This document shows positions 38,430 through 51,974 of a stretch of DNA of 64,000 nucleotides, one piece after another. Both the position numbers and the translations under genes were made by a program. The first letter of the stretch is position 1; each line of letters begins with the position of its first letter. The notes beneath the pieces are model-generated. The model was given only the letters and a program-made list of their open reading frames with translations, searched no databases and had not been told where the DNA came from. Origin of the DNA: Takakia lepidozioides (Eukaryota; Plantae; Bryophyta); assembly GCA_030704615.1 (NCBI GenBank), contig CM060732.1:17670001-17734000 (forward strand), given 5' to 3'.

Positions 38430-39629
38430 CCAACCCTACTTATTACATTAGTTCCTATATTCTTGTAGCTATTGATCCACAGGGAATCATAGGTAATCTT
38501 TGTGCTTGAAATCTGGCATCCAAGAGCTAAGGTTGACTCCTGTAATTACAGATCCAGAGGTGGTAGAGGCTGACCTGTAAGCCAAGTAGCATGATTGGTC
38601 TTGGTTGTCCAAGATTGATGCAGTCAGGCCCAGCTGGCTCCACAAATGCCTTATTGGCAAGCCCATACCCTATTGGATCTGGATGCTGTAATACGTCACC
38701 TTCTGGAGGTGAGAAAACTACCCAAAATGACAATTTCTGAGACTTATGCATTGTAGGTGATGCCGAGTCATTCCCTGAATCCAAATTGACTGAAACCCTA
38801 TCCCTAAGCATTCTTTCTCTGCATCAAGGGAGTCCTGAAATGCTGTTAGCTCAAGTATGTGGGCTGAACTGAAAGGAAGATTGACATGAGGATCTCTCAT
38901 TCAAAAAAAGAAAGAAAGACCTTCATAATGCTGAACTGAAGGAGGATTGACATGAGGATGACCGACAGCAGAGAGAGAGAGAGAGAATCTACTCATAAGA
39001 CTTTGTTTGCCGACCTTGTGGCCATAAACTCTTCAGTTTGAGATCTTCAGTGAATTCAAAAAGAGAAAAAGAGACCTTCATAATGCTCATGGCATAGTTG
39101 AAATTGGTGCCCTGCCGAACTGCAAAAAATGACTCCCTGAGAAATTCAGGGGATGGCCTTTTCTCCCTGCACCGCTTGCCAGGGCGCATCATCCACAAAC
39201 TTCAAACCTTTACCACTCTTCCTCTTGGGAGCCATTTTCCTAGATTACGAGTAACTACGTCTATCTAAGAAAATATTATACTCTCTCAGGATTTCTCAAT
39301 CTGGCCACCTAAAGCTGGATAGAGCGTCGACTTGGACGGATCCCCGTAGACCTCTCTTAATACTGCTTGCTCCAGCGACGCTCGATACCTCATTTTTGTC
39401 GCTAAACTAGCTTCCGACATGATGGGATCTGCAAAGCCTTTGCAGGAAAGCCAAAGCCGATTGAATGAGGGAAAAACCACGGTTTGCATTGAGCAGTGAG
39501 ACTATTGAGAGCTGTTGAGAGCTTGCAGCTTGCAAGGTGAGCGATGGCAGAAAACACAGAGCTCCTGCAGTTCAAGAACTTCAAGAACAAGGCAATCCGG
39601 GCACACTTCAAAAGAACTTGGCGCCTTGG

Positions 39630-39757
39630 GGTTTCTCGGGCGGGCAGTCTGGGCAGGCCCCAAAAAAATTGAGACGATGACGTGTCTACGATGACGTGGT
39701 GATGACGAAACGTGGCGACATGATGTAGTACTATGGCACCCTAAATCTGCTTTACGC
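39630..39757 (+). repeat. Repeat family H2, copy 3 (truncated)
   Basis: cgggcagtctgggc..cccaaa.aaattga..acgtggcgac..ctatggcacc.ta..ctgct.tacgc, matching 33090-33210. Confidence 0.6.
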
Positions 39758-40800
39758 GGTATTGTTCAGAATCACATCTGGTACAATTCCAGCTTTGGCA
39801 ATGCAACCATGCACCTCTTTGCCCTTTTCCAGGGCTGCTAGGCTTGCAAACGCACACAAATGTGATGTGGTCGGGCTTCACCCCTTCCCCCATCATTTGC
39901 TCATAGGTCTCCGCATTCCACGACACCACATCTCGTTCAGCCATAGTGCTGAAAACCACATTTTGCATACATGTCCACCAGGGCAGTGTTCAAGATGACA
40001 TCTGGTACAATTCCATCTTTGACGATGTCACCATGGACCTCTTTCCCGTTTCCAGAGCTCCCAGGCTTGCACACGCATTGCAAACAAAAACATATGTTGG
40101 GCTTCACCCCTTCGCACATCATTTGCTCATAGGTCCTCCATCCCGCACCCTCGCTATGCATATCCTGCAATCATTGCACTCCACGACACCACATCTCGTT
40201 CAGCCATACTGTCAAACACTCCCTTCATACATGTCCACGAGGATATTGTTTAGAATGACATTTGGTACAATTGTAGCTCTGACAATGACGCCATGCACCT
40301 CTTCACCCTATGCTGCTAGGCTTGCACACGCATCGCAAATGCACAGAAACATGATGTGGTCGGGCTTCGCCCCTTCCCCCATCATTTGATCATAGGTCTC
40401 TAAGGCCTCCATACCACGCCCCTGCTGTGCTAACCCTGCAAGCATCATGTTCCACGAGATCAAAGATCGTTGAGGCATTTATGTTGAACAGTTGGTGAGC
40501 ATATATGATGCTCCCACACTTAACATACATGTTGACAAGGGTGTTGAGTAGAAAAACATTTGGCGTGAATCCACTTTGGATAATATGAGTGTGCGTCTGT
40601 TTTCCAGCTTCCAGACCTTCCATCCTGATGCACTTAAGCAAGAGACAGACATACGTATCTGAATCTGCTGAAATGCCTCCTTGGTTTAAAGTCTGTAGAG
40701 CCTATGTCAGTCTGCCTGCCGCACAAAGCACGGGGTTGGGCTCACGCCGTAGCTACACTGCATCTTCACATGCCCAGAAGTGCCAAAAGAGGCATTGTGG
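39758..40800 (-). pseudogene. N-terminal part of a PLS PPR gene (pseudogene)
   Basis: GISADSDTYVCLLLKC...GFTPNVFLLNTLVNMYVKCGSI followed by degenerate PLS repeats. The upstream block gtagctattgatcca.agggaatcatagg at 40906 is duplicated at 38465. Confidence 0.88.
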
Positions 40801-41049
40801 ACTCCCTCTCTTGATCCTCTTTCAGAAGCTCTGATCATGGTTGAGGTGCCTGATTTTATCAACTGTGCCGCTGCAGCTGCTGCCTTTAGTTGACCATCTA
40901 CCCTTGTAGCTATTGATCCATAGGGAATCATAGGTCATCTAGAGCTTGAAGTTGGGCCCTCTTGGATGAATCTGGACCCACACTCTATCCCTGCTCCTTC
41001 AGCTATCCATGCCTCTATACAAATCATGCATTTTATCCTTACTTTGCTG

Positions 41050-41560
41050 CAGGGCACATGTAACATCCAAATTTGTGCACTTGGTTTGCAAGGTCAATAT
41101 GGTTGGCCTTACACCTGTCTCTGAATGGAAGAATGTATTGAGGAAAGAGCAATATGATGAATGCATCAAGAAAGCAGGAAAGACTTGGTATAACCTGACA
41201 GTCCATGCAATGATAGAGATTTTGTACAAGGTAACATCATGTCTTAACCAAGTTTCATTCTTTGCATCCATAGACAAGATTCACCTCTGGTTCATGTTAT
41301 GAACTGTTTTGGTTCTTCTGGCAGCATGATATTGTTGAGGCCCAATGCATGGCGGGGGAAGCTTGCTTGCTGAGGGGCCAAAGAGTCAGGAGGGCCTTGA
41401 AGATACAATGAGACAGGTTGGATTGAAAGCAAGGGAGCAACACAAGAGTCAGCTTGTGAAGTTGCTTCCTATTGCTGATCCAACCCTTGGAGAGGGGTTC
41501 AGCCTTAAGTTGACCACTTGGCACAAGCACAAATCTCATGTACCTGAAATACAAACACAT
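41050..41560 (+). pseudogene. Two-exon fragment of a paralog of the ParB-MTase gene at 54052-59174
   Basis: VGLT...KKAGKTWYNLTVHAMIEILYK|gt matches TGLT...AKTDRTWYRLTMDGMVEVIYE|gt. VGLKAREQHKSQLVKLLPIADPTLGEGF matches AGVKSRTKYKSKLVKLVAIADPALGKDF. Same intron position. Confidence 0.8.
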
Positions 41561-41799
41561 TCAAAGTTATTGTGGAGACAAATATTTATGCAACATGTTC
41601 AACAATTGAACAAGCACATTAAGAAACATGTATATCCCAATGTACTAGAAAAATACTTGAAGCATAGACATTTTCAACTTACAAGGTGTGTACACTATCC
41701 ACGTACAATGCAATGGAAAGATTGTACCTGAATAGAATCCGTCTCACCACCTTCTCCCCACCTGTTTGTTGTTCCCAATCATTGCCTCTGAATGGCCCC

Positions 41800-44700
41800 C
41801 ACTACAGCAAATGGGGGGGGGGGTTTGCGACGCCAGCCGCGCCCCCACGCCCGCGCGGCGCCGAGCGTGCGACACCAACCCCGCGGAGCGTGTTTGCGAC
41901 GCCAGGCCGTCGCAGCCAAACCCCGCGGGAGTGAAACCTGGCGCCGGGGCCAGGCGGCGACGCCTGGCCGTCGCACGAAGTGATGAAGGGAAAATGGCAG
42001 CCCTTCCGTGCGACGCCTAAGTGTCGCCCCCAGCGAAGGGCAGAAGGCAGCCCTTTCTGGCGACGGTCGTCGCACGCCGAAAAAAAAACCATTTCTTGCC
42101 ATTTCTTTCATCGTAACCCTTTCTTGCGACGCCCGGCCGGCGTATGGTGGCATGAAGGGCAAAAGGCCCCTACGACGGCCGGGCGTCGCAAACTGCCTGG
42201 CTGCCCTATTCTTTCAAAACAAAAAAATATGTCATAGTTTGCAACGGCTGGCCGTCGCCGTTTGCGACCCCCGGCCTTATAAATCTATTCAAAAAAACAG
42301 GTCGCAGTTGGCGACGGTTGGCAGTCACCGTTTGTGACCCCCGGTCTGATAAATCCAAGAAAACGCGTCGCAGTTGGCGACGCGTGGGGGTCGCGGGAGG
42401 CGACGGCAGGGCTTTCTAGGTTTAGGTTTAGGGCCTTTGGGGGTTCTTAGTTTTTTTTTTCTTCATATGGTACTGGGTAGGGTGTTTGTTTTTCTTTATG
42501 GTTTAGCTTGTTTAATTCCCCCCTCTTGTTTTGTCATCGGAGAAGAAAACTTGCTCCATGTCTGAAGGCCGTGAAAAAAGCTCATCGGAGGGACGATGAG
42601 TAGGATTGAGCCTATCTGCATTGACGCGCATGAAACCACAATCATCTTGCACTAGTGTTGCGGAGGGCCCCACAAGATGTGGCTGGAACCACCTTCCCTT
42701 GAAGAGAAGAGGCCGGTTCCTTGTATACTGAAGTTGGAGTATGCTCTCAAGCTCTCCAATGTACTCAAGTTTGCTCATAGCAGGTGGTATATCTCCCTTG
42801 CCCCACACGGAGTCTTGCCAATATTTGGTTATTTTGCGCTTCATGTCAAGAGCACGAATGCGGAAATGACGACCGTGAACCCAAACCGCCGTGTATGAGG
42901 TTGCGAATTGAGAGGGGCCCCTTGCAATGTCTTGCACCAAATCTGAAACCACCTCTCCTTGAGCAACGGCGTCATAAACTGAAGTCCGAAGCCACTGTTG
43001 GAATGAACTTAGAGGCTGCAATTCCATGGGCAAATTTTGTGAAGGAACATTCCGGCGGCCCGCTCCTCGTCGTGGGCGTCTAGTAACCGGCCTTGGATGG
43101 TTCCGCCTCCATGCAAGCGTCCTCCTCTCGTTGCTGAACAAGATTATTGTATCTTGCTCCCACTCATGTATGGATGGGGTGTTCTTCAGTATGAAGTCAT
43201 GCGCTTGCTCAATCACCAAGGTCGGCAATTTTACCCTCTTCGATTTTTTGGGCAAAACGATGTCGTGCATCCTCCTCTTCCTTCCACATCCGAGGGGATT
43301 CCTCATCCACCCTTGCCATGTACTCCGTGCAATAGAACATAGCTTCTTGCAACGTATACCCCTCCGCCATGCTACCCTCCGGGTGCGCCATTTGTCTTAC
43401 AAATCCTTTCAAAGTCTTCATATAACGCTCAAGGAAGTACATCCACCGAGAATGAACGGGGCCGGCAATCGAAGCCTTTCCACTAAGTGCACTACCAAGT
43501 GCACTTGGATGTCAAAGAAGAGGGAGGAAGGTGCATCTCCAACATACACATTACCTCCGCCGCCTCCTTCTTCATGCGTGGAAAATCTGCTTCTTCCAAC
43601 TCTTTGGAGCAAATCCACCGGAACAAGCCTCCCAATCTATGGATCATTGCAATGGGCAAGATGTCTTGCAATAGATTGTGGTAGTCATGAGACTTCAAAC
43701 CATGGACCCCGTCTTCTTCGCTGAACTTCGTACGGAGGGATGACCCATAACCAGTTGGTGTTCGGACAGCACTTATGGTGGCTATCACTTTCTTGTATTC
43801 CTCCTTTGTCCATTGCCAAGGTGCGCGCCTATACTTCCACCGTACAACACCCTTTGGGTCCACACCATTTTGTTCGGCCCATAGATGGCGCATGCGACCT
43901 GCTCCTCAAGCTCCTTTCTAACACCGAGAGAATCTCCTTTTGCAGCCACTCCCTTCTTTGCCGGCGTGCCATGAAGAACCCGAAAAAGGGACGAGCAGAC
44001 ATTCTTCTCAATATGCATGGGATCTAGAAGATGGCGAATCTTCAGGTCCTACATATCCCCACCCACAAAGACTTACACAAAAAAATTTTACGTGAAAGTG
44101 ACAATGCAACGCATACCAAATGTGCAATATCACATGCATGCATAGGGATATTGACGGTGTTTTTTGTGGAATATGTACCGCCCAATATGACAACTCGTAG
44201 AAGATTGAAAGTCGTTTCATGCCGGACACGTCCACTTCACCGTCCGTGCCCGCATGGGCCTCCTTCCATCGGTCCTCCCAAAACTGCCCGGACGGTGTCA
44301 TAGGGGGGGCGTACTTCCTCTTTGCCATCAAACAAGTGTTTCTCTCTTCTTCTCCATCGATGGCTCATAGGAAGAAATTTGCGGTAGTTGGGATACACCA
44401 TCTTGTGAAGATGGCGGGAGCTATGTGCATCAAGATCATCGCCACAATGCAAGCATGCATGGTACCCTTTGGTGCTTAGCCCCGAGCAAACAGTTAGTCA
44501 TGTACTACACATCCCGCCACATTAGCAAAAACAAAAAGTTGTCATGTGCATGGCCCATAATGCCATCTACCCCACTACGGTGCACAAGACTGTCGCCGCT
44601 ACTTCAATCAATCCCAATCCTCATCCTCATCCGGCATTGACAAGTGAATGTACGCGGGTTGTTCATGGGGAACATAATATACCTGGATAATCATGCATTG

Positions 44701-47700
44701 TCCAAAGCAAGATGCTCTCATCTGAAAAGATTGTCCGGCCATAGGGTCAAGTGAAGCATCCAATGCCGGGACCCCCCTCCATAGCTCTTAAGTTCATCAA
44801 CAAGAGGTCGCAAGTACGTGTCCATGTTTGCCACTTGTTTTTTTTCCTTTGAGACATTCACATCATTGTTTCAATGCTCCACCAATATGCAGATTATACT
44901 ACAAAATGAATTACACGTCTTACTCCATGATTATGTCACTCATCAATCTTGCATCCGAATTGCGTCAAGATCAGAAGTTTAATGTAAAGTCAAAGGCAAT
45001 AATAAACATGAAATGAGTACACTCACCCTGGCACAATGGCAGCCAACATGATATGGTTTTTTTTTAATTGAAAGATACGGAGGGATGTTGTAATTCACCA
45101 TGGTCACCGCCAAGTGGAATGACTACATGACTGGACAGAGAATGGGTTGACCCCATCCGAGGAGAAGCCGAGGTGGACATGTCGTGGGTCCTCCAAGAGA
45201 AAAGGCCACATCTCTTCAATATGCCTCCATGCTTGTGAATCTTGTGGCCCGCACACCTTTCCCGGGGGGCTCCGATGCGAGGCGTGCCATCTCATGAGTC
45301 TGGCCAATTCGGGGCTTCGGTACTGTGCCCTCAATCGCGGGATGATCGGAAAGTAATGCATTTTCTAGGATGAAATACCCCACGCCCCCCACATGTAATC
45401 ATCCCATTAGCACACATAATACAACACCCTTATGCCTTTCCCTTTATGCAGCCTCTCCTCATTTGGGTGTGAATGGTCAAAACCAAACGTCGCTCCTTCC
45501 ACTCCTCACTCACTCCTTCCAAAACCACAATCAGATCTTGCATGAGTACTACTCTCTAATAATCTCCATGCGAGGGGGAATGACGCTTATACCTTGCGTG
45601 GTACTTTTTTCCCTTGGACATCATCCCGATATCGGTCTTTCTTGCACTTTGGGCACTTGGTGAGATGCGAATCATCTCCGTAGTATAGGGTTTTATCACA
45701 TGGACATGCATGAAAAATCTTATAGCCCATCCCCACAGAGTCCAAGACTTCGCGCGCCTCTTTCCGCGACCGTGGCATCTTGGGTTTCAAGTGTGGAGCA
45801 AGGATATAGTCTGCAATAGTTCGCATTATGGCAGACATCCCAACATTACTTATGCCAAATCGAATTTGAAGATTGAGCAAAAGTAAGATTGTTGAAGTCG
45901 ACTCACTTTCGCCCCTTCGTACAAGGGAGTTCTCGCCTCCTCTCCATGTCATTTGAGGGGGCCATTTCAGGATCATCGATTGGCCGGGTTCCCTCTTCAT
46001 GGGATGCATCAGCGCCCACATGATGCATTAAGAGATCCTCCATGGCTTGCACATCCTCCTGGTTAATTCCATGCTCATTGTTGTTGTCACTGTCACTATC
46101 ACTGTCATCGTCATCATCGTCCGGTACCGTGGGGCGGCGTCTCGCCCACGGCTCCCGCCTGATGTACTTGGGTTGTTTTCGGATGGGGTGCCAAGAGAAA
46201 AGACCGGGAAGGGATGGACAAAGTCCTGATACGAACAAATGAACATAGGGACATATATTATAATGTGTCCTTGCAACCATACACTTCATTATAAGCGAAA
46301 TGCAAACAACAACCTTCAATGTGTGTGTGCATCAAATATGTCATTCAATAATTACATGTATGTGCGCAACGTACACGCATGCAAAGTTTCAAACCCAAAC
46401 AAAATCATTTGCCCCCCCAATGACGCATTCACCCTATCAACCAATTTTTGTTTATTAATGTGAAAGAAAATCCTCTCATGCCATTGCACCCAAACAAACG
46501 GATGTGGCTCAAGCTTCATTTTTTCCTACATGTGCTTAAATATGTGGCAACACTGTACAAAGATCCAGCAGGAAAAAAAAAAAAAAAAAAAAAATGCCTC
46601 CCCAACGACGCACTCACCCTTGCACCAATTTTGAATTAAATCGAATTTAAATGAATTTAAAAAAATATTTGCATTTAGAAAATATATGATTGCGGTTTTG
46701 AGGGGCGTAATGATTTTATTTTTAGCTCTATTTTGTTCTGTGACATCGGGCTTTGCACCACTACATCATGCAAAAAATGGGGGAAAAAAATAAGTGTGTT
46801 TCTAGGGTCACTTTTGCAAATCTCTCAAGAAGGGAGTGCAAATGAGAGAACAAAATCTGGTTATGGGTCCAAATGACTTTACTCACGCACATTGCATATG
46901 CTATCATGGCTTGAAAATGGAATAAAAAAAATCATCTGCAGGCGAAACACATTTTCCGTCTCTATGACACGTAGCTGCGTTCAACACTAGAATGACCCAT
47001 TGAATCAACTTGGTTCAAGCTCATATTTGGTCCACATGTGCATAAGTATGTTTAGATCACATATGCAAAGTTGCAACCCACACGAGCAACAAGAAAGTTT
47101 TAATCAATCGATTAATCGGATGTATACAAAGTACATCATGAGAATATCTACAATGCCCCTCTACGCGATCCCTGTCTCAAAGGAACCCTATTTCTATCAT
47201 ACACATCCCACTCACGCTGTAATCGAGGTCCCAATCATCCCGGGAGAACTCGTATGATGCAAATAGTTCGCTGCCAGCCCTAATAGTCCTACTAGCACAT
47301 GTCATCACAAACATGTGCATCCCCTCACAGTATACTGACGTATGACCACAAAAGCTCTCATGCCCATCGCTTCGCTCGTCCCATACTACATTGGTTCTCC
47401 TAGGATGACCAAAAGAACTATTGACCAGCCCAGCAACATTGCCGAAGATGTCGGGTCACCATCACAAAATCTGATCTCAATGGGAGACAACCCCGTCTAC
47501 GTACATCCTGTCCGTTGACACACAAAATGTAGGGTAGGATGTATGGGGCTTCGAGGCGTAATGTACGGAACTCCGCGGAGGTGTAGTATGGACCGTAGTA
47601 GGGAAACAAGTCCACCATGTTGTTTCTCCGAGGAGGAACCACAATATCATTGACCGTGAATAAACCCGACCCATAGCAGGGTCTGTAGCGGCTCTCACAA

Positions 47701-49430
47701 CATACCGTCTCCCCAATACTCGAACTCCACATTTTCTCGGATGGGGGTGGGAGGGTCGAGATGATTCCCCAACAACGAGGCTGGACGGTCCTCAGTAACA
47801 TAGTCCTATGCGCTTCCCATCGGGGGCGAGGATCCGGCTCAGGCCGCCCAAGCCGAAGGGGAGGAAACCTAGGGCGAAGCCGACCCCTCCTAGGGGTTCG
47901 GGGGCCACATGCATGTGGAGGTGGAGGTGGAGGTGGAGGTGGAGGTGGTTGAGGATGTAATGTCGGAGGTGCAGCCGGGGTACAACGTCCGGATCAGGTA
48001 CAACCGGAGGTGGATCAGGCAAAGAAACAGACGGGGGGGGGGGAGGCCACAATCAGGGGGACCGCCTGAGGAAACTGGAGGGGGGGGGGGGGGGGGGGGC
48101 TGCTCGTCGCCGGCCATACGCCTACGACACCTACGATACCCCCCCTACGCATCTCATCTACGTGCTGCTGGGGGAACCAACTGGTCACATCGGGCACATG
48201 CTCTGGCACAAATTCTGCAAGTAGACCGGCGCGAAATGCCTCTGTGCAATGTGATTGCGAGCTTGGGCATCAAGTCGTGGCTGCAATGTGCGTAGTGAAC
48301 GACGCATCAATACTTATGTCGTAATTTTGATTCATGTATGCTTACCAATCATACTATATTATTAGATAAACCTAAATGTACCTTAAATGAATGTTAATGA
48401 GAGGGGTGGGAAAAACACTCACCTTTGCCGCATCCGCAATCTTGTTCTTCTTGTAATGTTTTTTGACAACATGCGGTCGCCGCCTCGGTGGTCTGGTGCC
48501 GCCCGGCGGTATCCGTTCCCAACACTTAGTGCACCAACACTCAATCCTGTCGGGGGGGGTCAAAGGTGGACGTGGTTGGACGGGGTGGCCCGAGGGGCAA
48601 CCCGCGGCGCGCCCGACTCGATCCCGGAGTGTCAACATCCTCCGCATCACCTGAAATTTGGCCCCGGTCCCTTCTACGATTGTGCCCGGCAGCCTGTATT
48701 GGATCAGGTGCAATGGGTGCCTCCTCGCCACGAAAAATGGTCGCTCTAGGGCCACAATCGATATGTGGTACTACCTCCCCATCCTCGAGGGAGACGGGTC
48801 GATGTTTCCTCACCATCCCATCCTAATTAACACACACACACCAACACTTTCATTTCTCAAAAAAACCGTTGGCAAAAAAACCCTATGCCTCAGCCTCGGG
48901 GCTTTCAAAATTGGTAACCAAAGGCGGAGCATCCTATGGTGCTAGAGCCCAAGACAATAAATCCTTCCTCTCGTTCTATCTTCAGGATGCTCACACTATG
49001 GAAAAATTTTGTTGAGACCCAGCGCTTTGCGATTATCAGATTGAACCACATTTTGGGTATGTGAATCCTAATTACACCGTTTATCCTTTTAACCCCAAAA
49101 CCCACCACCATAAAGAAAAGCAAACACCCTAACCCAGTACCATATGAAATAAATAAATAAAAACTAAGAAACCCAAAAGGCCCTAAACCCTAAATCCAGA
49201 AAGGCCGGCCGTCGCCTCCTGCGACACCCTGGCGTCGCATTGGACGACGTTTTTTTTTATTTTTTTACTGGGGGTCGCACCCCGCGACGGACAGCCGTCG
49301 CGGGGGCGACGTGTTTTTTTATTTATGGGGCCGGGGTCGCAAGAAACGACGGCCAGCCGTCGCAATATTCATTTTTACATTTCAAAAAAGGGCGGGCGCA
49401 GGCGTGCGACGGCCGGGCGCCGCGCCTTTT
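41800..49430 (-). mobile_element. CACTA (En/Spm) DNA transposon, decayed; right terminus missing
   Basis: CACTACAGCAAA at 41800; gcgacg-rich subterminal repeats; 42160-42502 is an inverted repeat of 49107-49430; contains a TnpD-type transposase. Confidence 0.9.
42512..48755 (-). pseudogene. CACTA TnpD/Tnp2-type transposase pseudogene with upstream exons
   Basis: ACPC...TKCPKC; MHYFPIIPRL; LGFSSDGVNPF; MHIEKNV; GLKSHDYH; MYFLERYMKTLKGFVRQMAHPEGSMAEGY; upstream IECWCTKC...VKKHY. Many frameshifts. Confidence 0.88.
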
Positions 49431-50580
49431 TTTTTCCCTAAGTGCTTCAAGCATCTCTTTCCCCTCCCGTTTTCGTTTGTTCTTTGGGAGAGAGGTAGTT
49501 CAGAGAGTGGGGTTTAGGGTGGAGGAGAAACGCACCTGCTGCTGAGCCGAGGTGGTCGCAAGGCCCCAAGGAGTTTGCCCCAACGCCGCTCCAACGCCCA
49601 AGGTAAGCACCGCCTCCTCCCTCACTTTCTGTCTTTCTTTCTTGCCCTAAGCACGGGCTGATGTCTCTCTCCCCTGTGTGGAGGAACGCCGCGCAGAGGC
49701 GCGACCTAACGAGCTGAAGAGAGAGAGAGAGCCGTGGTGAGCGGGGAGAGACGCCCTGCAGCGGCGGGGACCCGCGCCGCTGGCAGCCGCGACAACCGCA
49801 GCAGCTCGCCGCACCAGCTCGCTTCAACAGCAGCAGCAGAGGTACGTCAGGGAAATTGCACTCTCCTTTCCTCTCTGCTACTTCTGTTTACTGTTCAAAG
49901 GTAGTCTTCCTGCCCTGACTTTAAATTTAGGTCTAGTGCCAAGAGTGGATAGACCTTGAGCGCATCCATGATGTCCTCCCCCCATGTCTCAGACTAGAAA
50001 CAGGTTCAGGGAAGTTTTCTTCCTAACTTCATTTCATCGGACAATTTTTTCGGTAACAAACATGGCTTTGGACACTACATCTCTCTAAGTCAGGTTTTAT
50101 CCAGCAAGGTCAAGAGTTGCGGGTCCAGATTCAGATCCTTGAGAATCTCTTTTTACTCTCTTCTCCCCAGGGCTCACCCTGTTTGACAGGGGCGGTCTTG
50201 TTTCCAAGATATAGAGTCGATTAACTTAGGATATCTTGGTTTTGGACATATGTTGCAGCTGAACCCCACCATCTAACCTTGAATTTAGGGTGTCGGGAGC
50301 TTAAAAGAGCAGCAGCACAGAAGAAGAGGAAGATATACATGTCATGTCAAGACATGGACAAGACCACTAAGGTCATTGTCCATTGAAAGACAGCAGCCCT
50401 TTACAGGGCACCATCTAACAATCACTTCTATGTTTACCATCTCATTTGAATATCCCATTATATTTCAGGGTATCTGAAAAAACAGGGTGGGAGGGTGAGA
50501 TTCTTGGTCAATCATATTATGAAAGCACCATAGTTTGACATACAACGATCACCACCATACTTGCCGATTGTAACATCATT

Positions 50581-51640
50581 TCAAAAACCAGATTGCAGGT
50601 CTGGAGATAAATCTCGAGAGCCAAGCACATAGTACTTTGGATGATGCGTTGTGCCAGTCCAATCCGTCTCGTTTCTTCCGCCCTCTTTGGAGAGAAAGTG
50701 GAAGCAGGTGGGATTGAGGCACCTCAGCTTCCCCGCACAGAGGACATATCGTACACGAACACCATCAGCAATTTTCGTGCTACTGGTCTTCGTCACACAC
50801 CAGGGGTGTCCGTCATGCTTTCGATCCATGTCTGTTAACATCCCGGAGGCTTTGTTTGACGAAGAAACAGGTGGAAACTCGAAGATGACATTGCCATCGA
50901 CTTCGGGAGGCAGAAAAGTTACCTTTCTGACTGGGAATTTGGCATAGTCGAGAGCAGCCAGCTCGGAGTGAGAACCATCGAGGTGATGTTGTCGTAGGAG
51001 CTGCACAATGGACCGGGTTGGAGTTATGCTCGAGGGCACATTCGTAGCACCGACAGAGACGTCCATGCCGGATTTGAACGACCGTGTGGAGGACATGGGT
51101 ACCTCAATGCAATCATCTTCCTCGTCGAAATGTCGAATACGTCCACACGAGAAGCTATGGAGGGTCTTGACGGTCCAGGTCGGGAATGATTATCGTTGCA
51201 TACCTCTCTGTTGGCAGTGGCCGCCTCTCGGTTTCCGGACTCCTTTGTGGATGGTGGGCAGCGACTGATTCGGAAAGGGAATGGGCATTCCACAGCTCGG
51301 TACAGGATGGTGTCTGACGGGGGAACGTGCCATTCGATTCCGCAACCTCCGTCGTTACCTAGCACAACAATGGTCTCGTCAACCTGTCCAGGAACATCCT
51401 TCCTTTCTTCTTCCAAATAAACTGTGCCCGGTTTGAGCTTGAATTTGGAACAAAGGTAAGTTTCAGTCACTCTGCAAAGTCCTCCTCGTTTGGGATCCAG
51501 GCTCTCCCAAGTTGCGGAGGACAGCAAACTATAGCGTAGGAATTCGGAGCCATCGAACACCGCACGAGTTGGCAAGTGCGAGGTTCAGTAAGCGACAGAC
51601 CAAGGCTCACAGGCACCATCTAAGGGATCTGCGGAGTCCA
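50581..51640 (-). pseudogene. 5' part of a Mutator-like transposase (Cys/His-rich N-terminal domain), truncated
   Basis: DGHPWC...CAGKLRCLNPTCFHF...RNETDWTG matches CFSPTCFHF...MNETDWTG in the transposase at 62533-64000. Confidence 0.75.
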
Positions 51641-51974
51641 TCGACGATGGAAGTCGCACATTGAAGTGGAAAGTATTGTTTCAAGCTACATGCATGAAGG
51701 TGGGAGGTTTGATTCCATAGCCAGTAAATATGACAATGATGGCCGATTCGGCGACGAAATAACATCTCCTGACAGTTTCTCCTGAGGGTGGATCCAGCAG
51801 TATTCTCGGTGCAGACAGGAACGTTCGCACGACAATTCCACTCAATTCAGACAAAAACGGTCAGACAACCAAGTTGTGCTCATCAAGACTGACCGCAATG
51901 TTGTTTCGGAACAATGCAACCCATTCAGGTTCCAGATTTCCCGTCCCGAGTGATTCTTTCGATTGCTGGTGGAC

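Noticed and set aside
47925-48100. (GGAGGT)n and poly-G runs as a separate feature
   Set aside because: Best explained as poly-proline coding on the minus strand within the CACTA gene; homopolymer lengths may be sequencing-error prone.
49934-49938. TAGTG as the right end of the CACTA element
   Set aside because: Adjacent bases do not complement CACTACAGCAAA and there is no matching 3-bp TSD.
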